From assembly GCA_018814305.1 (NCBI GenBank), contig JAHJAA010000045.1, positions 74,346 through 138,345 on the forward strand: DNA of 64,000 bases, given 5' to 3'. Positions 58,617-64,000 of this stretch are shown piece by piece. The position numbers and the translations under genes are program-made. The notes beneath the pieces are model-generated. The model worked only from the letters and a program-made list of their open reading frames with translations, was not told the origin of the DNA and searched no databases. The stretch's first letter is position 1, and every line of letters starts with the position of its first letter. The stretch comes from Pseudomonadota bacterium (GTDB lineage: Bacteria > Desulfobacterota > Desulfobulbia > Desulfobulbales > JAGXFP01).

Positions 58617-59030
58617 ATGACCAAATTTGAGAATCAACTTGAACTGGACCGTCGGAAATATCCCCGGATCTTTTTTTCAGTGGATGATGAGGTCGCTGCT
58701 TCCATTACCACCCCCAATACCAACAATCTCCCACCCTTCCATGCCAAGGTCATGGATCTCAGCTTAGGAGGCCTCTTTTTCACGATAAAACGTGGTGAGC
58801 TCTTACCAATCAACGAAGGCGACTTCCTCCTCTTAAAAGATATCATCGCATTTTTTCAATTTCGAATTACTTGCGAAATTGAAATGAAAGTTAAACGAGT
58901 CCAGGATCATCAGTTTATTGAGTATATCGGTTTCGGTTGCGAGTTTATTTCCCCACCGCCTGAAACGGAAGAACAGATCAGAAATCTATTAAACTTGATC
59001 CACCGAAAAGATCAAAAAATCAAGGCCTGA
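58617..59030 (+). CDS. single-domain PilZ (c-di-GMP-binding) protein
   Basis: RxxxR motif (RRKYPR) and D-x-S-x-x-G motif (DLSLGG) at canonical spacing. 137 aa. Confidence 0.8.
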   Translation: MTKFENQLELDRRKYPRIFFSVDDEVAASITTPNTNNLPPFHAKVMDLSLGGLFFTIKRGELLPINEGDFLLLKDIIAFFQFRITCEIEMKVKRVQDHQFIEYIGFGCEFISPPPETEEQIRNLLNLIHRKDQKIKA

Positions 59031-59051
59031 CCAGGCCCCCAAAAGGATGTC

Positions 59052-60320
59052 ATGACCCTCACCTGTCCCGCCTGTACCTCTTCTTACAGGCTCCCTGACG
59101 GGGTAATTCCGAAACGAAAATCTGCGATACGATGCAAAAAATGTGGCAGAAGAATCGTAATTAACCCTGGATGCTTATCGACCCATAAAAACGAAACCAA
59201 AAAGCCATACCCGAGCGTTCCAGGTTCACCAAGCGATCATTTGGCCAAAAAGTCTGTCCTTCAAGGGAAATCTGCACGTGGGAGGGAAACCCCTGGCGCA
59301 TCCGAGGAAACAACACCAGATCCATCCTCGCTCAATAGTACTCATCTCCCCTCCGCTAAGGTTCCCAACACCCTCAACAAGAAGCAACCAGAACATAAAC
59401 ATGACGTGAATCCAGAATTGTTCACGACTTTTCCTCTTTTAAACAAACTTTCTTCAGAATATTACTGTTTCTCATCCATATTCTCTTCCAGAGACTCTCT
59501 CCTTTTGAGGAGCCGCGAAAATGGCATCAAAACTAAATTGCTCTTGGCACTCAACCATTTATTCACTGAATCCCTCCTTTTACCTGGAGAACAAATTTAT
59601 AAAATCACCATGGGAATAGCTTATTATCCTTTCGAGATTCCATATTTAAACGGCATCCTTACCTGTTATTCCAACTACTATGCAATAGTATGTACGAATC
59701 AGAGAATCCTCCTGGTTAATGTCAATAGAAACTTGACCAAACCGACTCGCTACTTTTTCCAAATATCCTACCATGAGCTTACCGCGATAAGTCGCGGCAT
59801 ATTTCTCAGCAGCCTGATTTTTAAAAATCGTTTTGGAACGATCAATAACTTAACAACCATAAGCAGAGTAACTGCGAAAGATATTATTATCTTTATCAAG
59901 CAAGAAACTCAAAAAACCACAAAGCTTTATGAGACCTCAGATCATCACAATACTTATCACCTATGCCCTTCCTGTTTTTCCCCTCTAAATGACTTTTTAA
60001 AATCATGCCCCACGTGTGGGGTCCTTTTCAAATCATCACATATCGCCCTGCTATTTTCTTCTCTTTTACCGGGATCCGGATCATTATATCTAGGCCTTTT
60101 CCCCTTGGGAGGAACAGAACTATCGGCTTATTTCTTTGTTTTATTTATCGTAATAAGTAAATATCCCGATGCGACACCTTTTAGCTTGGGCTTAACTGGA
60201 GTTCTACTCGTAATTTTTCATCTCCTTTCGGGTAATCTTGCCTTTTTCTCAACCCGCAAGGGGTATTTGCTCAAAACACCGAGAAAGAAGATCCTATCAA
60301 AGGAAAAAGATATTCACTAG
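59052..60320 (+). CDS. membrane protein with an MJ0042-type zinc ribbon, PH-like middle domain, second zinc ribbon and C-terminal TM helices
   Basis: CPACTSSYRLPDGVIPKRKSAIRCKKCGRRIVI at the N-terminus, then a Ser/Pro/Lys-rich linker. The middle region (YAIVCTNQRILLV...ISYHELTAI) resembles bacterial PH domains. CPSC-x10-CPTC follows, then two or three TM helices including LLPGSGSLYLG. Confidence 0.6.
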   Translation: MTLTCPACTSSYRLPDGVIPKRKSAIRCKKCGRRIVINPGCLSTHKNETKKPYPSVPGSPSDHLAKKSVLQGKSARGRETPGASEETTPDPSSLNSTHLPSAKVPNTLNKKQPEHKHDVNPELFTTFPLLNKLSSEYYCFSSIFSSRDSLLLRSRENGIKTKLLLALNHLFTESLLLPGEQIYKITMGIAYYPFEIPYLNGILTCYSNYYAIVCTNQRILLVNVNRNLTKPTRYFFQISYHELTAISRGIFLSSLIFKNRFGTINNLTTISRVTAKDIIIFIKQETQKTTKLYETSDHHNTYHLCPSCFSPLNDFLKSCPTCGVLFKSSHIALLFSSLLPGSGSLYLGLFPLGGTELSAYFFVLFIVISKYPDATPFSLGLTGVLLVIFHLLSGNLAFFSTRKGYLLKTPRKKILSKEKDIH

Positions 60321-60665
60321 TACAGACATAATTTGACCCATCTCATAGAGAGAAATACTCGACCATGAGGACACATTCTTACGTATGATTTTTATGTATT
60401 TTTTTTCACTACAGACTATAATCTTACAAGCTACAGTTTCACTTGGAGAGAAACACTGATTGCAGGGGGAAGACCGAAGAAGGGAGATTCACAACAATTA
60501 CTACAATAGAGGTGAGTCCTTCCTAATAACATTAAGATATCGCTCAAGAAAATCCGCCCACGCGCATTTTCCCAAACACTCTAACATATCAAAACACCGA
60601 GTGAGAAGAATTTAGGCAAGATTCGTTTGCCGCGAAGAAAATCAGCGAACTAAGTAAACGTATTC

Positions 60666-60815
60666 GTAACTATCCAGCTTCCTAACCGGGCGGACCCGGC
60701 CTCTATTTTAAAAGTAACAAAATCAAAATGTTGCATATTTGTTACTTAGAAGCATAATGCCGGTAACGAGCAAACCCGCCGGGATGGAACACAGATGGAG
60801 TGCAGCTGGATAATT
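60666..60815. mobile_element. MITE-like non-autonomous element, copy B (150 bp, internally shorter)
   Basis: Left TIR GTAACTATCCAGCT (60666-60679); right end AGCTGGATAATT (60804-60815). Flanked by the direct repeat CGTATTC (60659-60665 and 60816-60822). 89/95 identity to copy A at the left, and 21/21 (CAGATGGAGTGCAGCTGGATA) at the right. Confidence 0.7.
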
Positions 60816-60856
60816 CGTATTCTTTAGTTTCATCATGCCTTGGGGAGGGAGAAGAC

Positions 60857-61225
60857 ATGACTTTAGAAAAAAGCATAACTGAGGAACGAAGACAGTACAA
60901 ACGCTACCCGGTTAGAGATGGCGCCTATACAGCCAACGCCACCAAACCCGGCAGAATAATTGACATTGGCCTGGGAGGTTTAGCCTGTCAATATATTGAC
61001 CGTAAACTTTGGCCAAATCAAACTCATTCCATGGATTTAATCTATGGTGAAGATAATGCCGTCCGAATCATCAATATTCCATACCGGGTAGTTTCGGAAC
61101 ATCCGGTTAAGGATGAACACCGCTTTGATTCAACTATTATCAAGAGACAAAGTATTCAATTTGGCGAACTTACCCGACAACAAATCAGTGAGCTTGAAGA
61201 ATTCATCAAAAAGAGCGCACTATAA
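60857..61225 (+). CDS. single-domain PilZ (c-di-GMP-binding) protein
   Basis: Start moved to ATG 60857 (GGGGAGGGAG RBS); the tracked ORF start lies inside the MITE. RxxxR (RRQYKR) and D-x-S/G-x-x-G (DIGLGG). Confidence 0.8.
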   Translation: MTLEKSITEERRQYKRYPVRDGAYTANATKPGRIIDIGLGGLACQYIDRKLWPNQTHSMDLIYGEDNAVRIINIPYRVVSEHPVKDEHRFDSTIIKRQSIQFGELTRQQISELEEFIKKSAL

Positions 61226-61853
61226 ACACGTTAAATGTTCCATGTCTCTTTTCGTCTGTTCTCCATCAATCTAGCCAAATGGCTTGAGTAATTGGGTACT
61301 AACACGGTCAAACCGCAACATAAATATCGGTCATCTCACTGAAAACACTTCGAAAATAGCTCTTCCATTCTTCACGAGAAACATATCAACACATCAAGAA
61401 ACTGGACTGGATATATGGGATAGGACAATATCATTTTTTTAAAGTGCTCCTTCCTTAATTTAGCGAATATAGCATTAGGCTACTTTCCTCATTACAGCAC
61501 ATGGATTTTCCAATTAGACTTCACCTATAAAGAGGCATTTCAAAGCCTCAAACTCGTCATGAACCAAAAACCTTAAACAAAAAAAGACTCTCTATACTCA
61601 ATCAAGCTTTTAGGGGAAGATAGTATCGAAGCGAACCATCACTACTTCGTTATATAGATACGAGTTATAGTTTATCCCAAGAACAAGCCCAAATAAGTAT
61701 CAATGAACATGTTTTGCTGCTGGGAAGCAATATGTGATTTTAAGATACCGCCTTTGTAAGTTTCAACTTGACAAGGACGTCTAATTTCTGTACCCTGATA
61801 ATAGTATTAATCAAATTATAGCCTCATCAACTTGCGTGGGGGGGGAATTAATC

Positions 61854-63110
61854 ATGCAAAACAAGGGCGGAAAGATGGTAAAAAGGGGAAAGTTTTTGTT
61901 GTCGTGTGTAACGGCAACCATTGGACTTGGCGCGGCAGGACTCGTTAGTGCTGCTGTAATCGGACCCTGTGTTGATTGTCATACTATGCACAATAGTACG
62001 AATTCAAATGTGGCCACATTTGCCGGTACCGGTGTTGGTGATTATGGCGGATGGAACGGAACATCCTTGTCGGGTAGTGACAACACTTCACAGGGGAAAT
62101 TGTTGAAATCTGATTGTATCGGTTGTCATTCTTCAACCGACAGTTCCACTACTGTTGTCACCTTGGGTAGCGGTCTTAAAATACCCGTCGTTTTCAACAT
62201 TGGTGGGTATCCTGCAGCAGCCTTGGCGGGTGGTAACTTTTTCCAGACCTCACAGGCTGGCGGTCAGGGTTATGGTCACAACGTTTGGGGCATTGCAGGC
62301 AATGACCCGGATATAGCCGATAATCCTGCGGCAATTTCCTGGGCAATGGCAGGTTGTGCCAATAGCTGTCATACCGATCTTGCCCTCGACCCTGCTGCAA
62401 CCGCTTCACCGTCTGACCCAAGATTTTCCAACAAAAATGGCTGCGAGGGTTGCCATCTGTATGCTACTAATATCGGTGGCATTGGTGGACATCACAATAG
62501 TGCTGACACATCCTATCGTTTTCTCGGTGGTCATCAAGTACCAACGACTGGGGTCGTTGATGCCGGTGGTGCTGGAACACCCTATGAAGATTCCGACTGG
62601 GAAGCCACTAAGGGTGCTGGAGATCATAACTTCTACCGATGGCAACAACCTGATACCGATGACACTCTGAATTCAATGAGTATTGGTCGGTTCTGCGCCG
62701 GTTGTCATAACCGTTTCCATGCAAATGGTCGCATTGATGGCAATGCCTTTGGTCAGGACAATGGTGGCGATTCAAATGCCGACGATATTGCTAGTAACCA
62801 ATCCAGTCCTTGGTTACGTCATCCAACCAATGTCCAGTTACCCAATACCGGTGAATATGCTGCCGTCAGGGGAACTGCATACAATCCCAATATCCCTGTA
62901 GCCCAGAATCCAACTGACTTTGGTGGTGCCGCAGCAGATAACGTAACCATCGGTGATCAGGTCATGTGCTTAAGTTGTCATCGGGCCCATGCCTCAGATC
63001 AACCTGATGCTTTACGATTTAATTACACTAATGTAAGAGCACATGAGGTAACTCTTGGAAACGCAACCAATGGCTGCTTCTACTGTCATACTACTAAGGA
63101 TGATTTATAA
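61854..63110 (+). CDS. OmcS-family multiheme c-type cytochrome (6 CXXCH plus 1 CX3CH), secreted
   Basis: ATG 61854 follows a G-rich RBS; signal peptide ends ...GLVSAA. Heme motifs: CVDCH, CIGCH, CANSCH, CEGCH, CAGCH, CLSCH, CFYCH. Non-heme blocks CHTMHNS, SYRFLGG, WLRHP, CLSCHRAHAS..RFN and C-terminal CH-x-x-KD parallel G. sulfurreducens OmcS as I recall it. Confidence 0.75.
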   Translation: MQNKGGKMVKRGKFLLSCVTATIGLGAAGLVSAAVIGPCVDCHTMHNSTNSNVATFAGTGVGDYGGWNGTSLSGSDNTSQGKLLKSDCIGCHSSTDSSTTVVTLGSGLKIPVVFNIGGYPAAALAGGNFFQTSQAGGQGYGHNVWGIAGNDPDIADNPAAISWAMAGCANSCHTDLALDPAATASPSDPRFSNKNGCEGCHLYATNIGGIGGHHNSADTSYRFLGGHQVPTTGVVDAGGAGTPYEDSDWEATKGAGDHNFYRWQQPDTDDTLNSMSIGRFCAGCHNRFHANGRIDGNAFGQDNGGDSNADDIASNQSSPWLRHPTNVQLPNTGEYAAVRGTAYNPNIPVAQNPTDFGGAAADNVTIGDQVMCLSCHRAHASDQPDALRFNYTNVRAHEVTLGNATNGCFYCHTTKDDL

Positions 63111-63133
63111 TTAAGTAATTTTCATTCGAAGTT

Positions 63134-63167
63134 TAAAAAGGCCATCCATCTGGATGGCCTTTTTTTT
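63134..63167 (+). terminator. rho-independent terminator after the OmcS-like gene
   Basis: GGCCATCC-ATCT-GGATGGCC followed by T9, with an A-run upstream. Confidence 0.9.
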
Positions 63168-63762
63168 TGGGGTATTTCAAATCCGATAAATGTAAAGTCT
63201 ACCGTTCATTGTTATAAATGTTTCTATAGCAAACTCAGCAGAACAGACTTCGCCTCTTCGAAAAGAACACGGTTATTGATTTTATCCTGCGAAAGTAGTC
63301 ATTGGCATAAAAGACTGATGTTCTGCCTCAATCAATCCCGAGAAATACCTAAGTTCCGTTCAACCTTACGATACATTGAAATAGCGATCCTTCGAATGAC
63401 GAACAAACGAGTTACGAACATTCGAACAGGGGAACCTCCCCAGCTCGTTATTCGATTATTCGTCATTTGAGTTTCGCTTTATGAGCTGATTTTCGTTAAG
63501 AGGCACTTTGTTAAATGTCCAAAGCCATCAACACCAAATCCCGGAACTTTTTATAATGGCTTTTAAGAGATGTTGAGCAGACAGTCGTATCGGACGTACG
63601 ATTGTAATGTTCGGTATAAGCGTTCCAATAAATAGAATTCAATCATTTATGTTGTTGGCCAATGAGCGAAGGGCTTTCTAGTGTATTTTCCGGGTCATTG
63701 CTATGTGCATATCTGCTTCACTAAACGGGTATAACCTGCCTGGATGTGGTGAAGCACTTCAC

Positions 63763-63803
63763 AAAAAAAACGCCACATTTGAATAAATTTTCAAATGTGG
63801 CGC
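63763..63803 (-). terminator. rho-independent terminator of the minus-strand gene ending at 63851
   Basis: GCCACATTTGA ... TCAAATGTGGC stem. On the minus strand it is followed by T8 (A8 on the plus strand at 63763-63770). Confidence 0.8.
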
Positions 63804-63850
63804 TCTTAATTTAGAAAAGAGAATCGGTTAGGCCCCAAAACAAACAACAT

Positions 63851-64000
63851 TTATTGCACTGATTCGATTAACTCCTTTACCGTCTTTCCGTTAGGGGCCA
63901 TAGCCCCTGGATTAATATTGACCAATTCCTGCCAGGACCGAAGGCCACCCTCTTTATCACCCACGTCATAAATCATGACGATTCCCTTATTAAAACGGGC
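63851..64000 (-). CDS. C-terminal fragment of an unidentified protein (gene runs off the window end)
   Basis: Open minus-strand frame from 64000 to the TAA at 63853-63851 (...FNKGIVMIYDVGDKEGGLRSWQELVNINPGAMAPNGKTVKELIESVQ*), followed by a terminator. No family recognised. Confidence 0.45.
   Translation of the reverse strand, partial: ARFNKGIVMIYDVGDKEGGLRSWQELVNINPGAMAPNGKTVKELIESVQ

Noticed and set aside
61226-61853. GEMM-I (c-di-GMP/cGAMP) riboswitch upstream of the OmcS-like gene, expected by analogy with Geobacter
   Set aside because: Only fragmentary matches to the conserved GGCAAACC and ACGCAAAGCC segments are present. They are too far apart and lack the paired P1/P2 helices and the GNRA tetraloop-receptor arrangement. 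A covariance search is still needed to be certain.
1-64000. CRISPR arrays, transposases, integrases, restriction-modification or other known defence modules
   Set aside because: I saw no regularly spaced direct repeats. None of the ORF translations shows nuclease/ATPase/methylase combinations or DDE/tyrosine-recombinase motifs. The only mobile-DNA signals are the two non-autonomous MITE-like copies and the tRNA remnant.

Overview
The window is densely coding chromosomal DNA whose gene content looks like Desulfobacterota, possibly Desulfobulbales-like; that placement is an inference, and GC is mid-40s % by eye, not computed. Housekeeping blocks: copZ/copA; rho-rpmE-prfA-prmC-murA; rsmA-DUF2062-tsaD; moaA; pheA; hup; waaA-kdsB; tRNA-Pro(CGG); miaA-recJ; purB-DUF4911-miaB-PHP; lpxB plus a Gfo/Idh/MocA oxidoreductase; metF. 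Accessory content between these blocks: two DUF1566 proteins, a tail-anchored Ser/Thr pseudokinase, a MORN-repeat protein, a GYF_2-AIM24 fusion, an operon of two hexaheme c7-type cytochromes, a secreted FGE-like protein, an orphan histidine kinase, a CBS/DUF39/PP-loop sulfur cluster, an SNF transporter and a 1234-aa AsmA/YhdP-like protein. Two loci deserve the most attention. (1) At 57.7-63.2 kb, a secreted 6-7 heme cytochrome (61854-63110) has motif blocks outside the heme sites that match my recollection of the Geobacter nanowire cytochrome OmcS. These include the CHTMH histidine that links protomers in OmcS filaments. Upstream lie two stand-alone PilZ (c-di-GMP receptor) genes flanking a membrane double-zinc-ribbon protein. 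(2) At 40.8-49.5 kb, a seven-gene minus-strand envelope operon combines four NosD-like beta-helix modules, beta-sandwich/OmpA anchoring proteins, a TPR protein, a YedE-type (selenium/sulfur) permease and an MFS permease. I know of no characterised pathway with this combination. Also present: two copies of a MITE-like element with perfect 14-bp terminal inverted repeats and target-site duplications, a 156-nt imperfect palindrome, a tRNA 3'-half remnant and an AT-rich frame-broken gene remnant. I saw no CRISPR array, transposase, integrase or recognisable defence genes.
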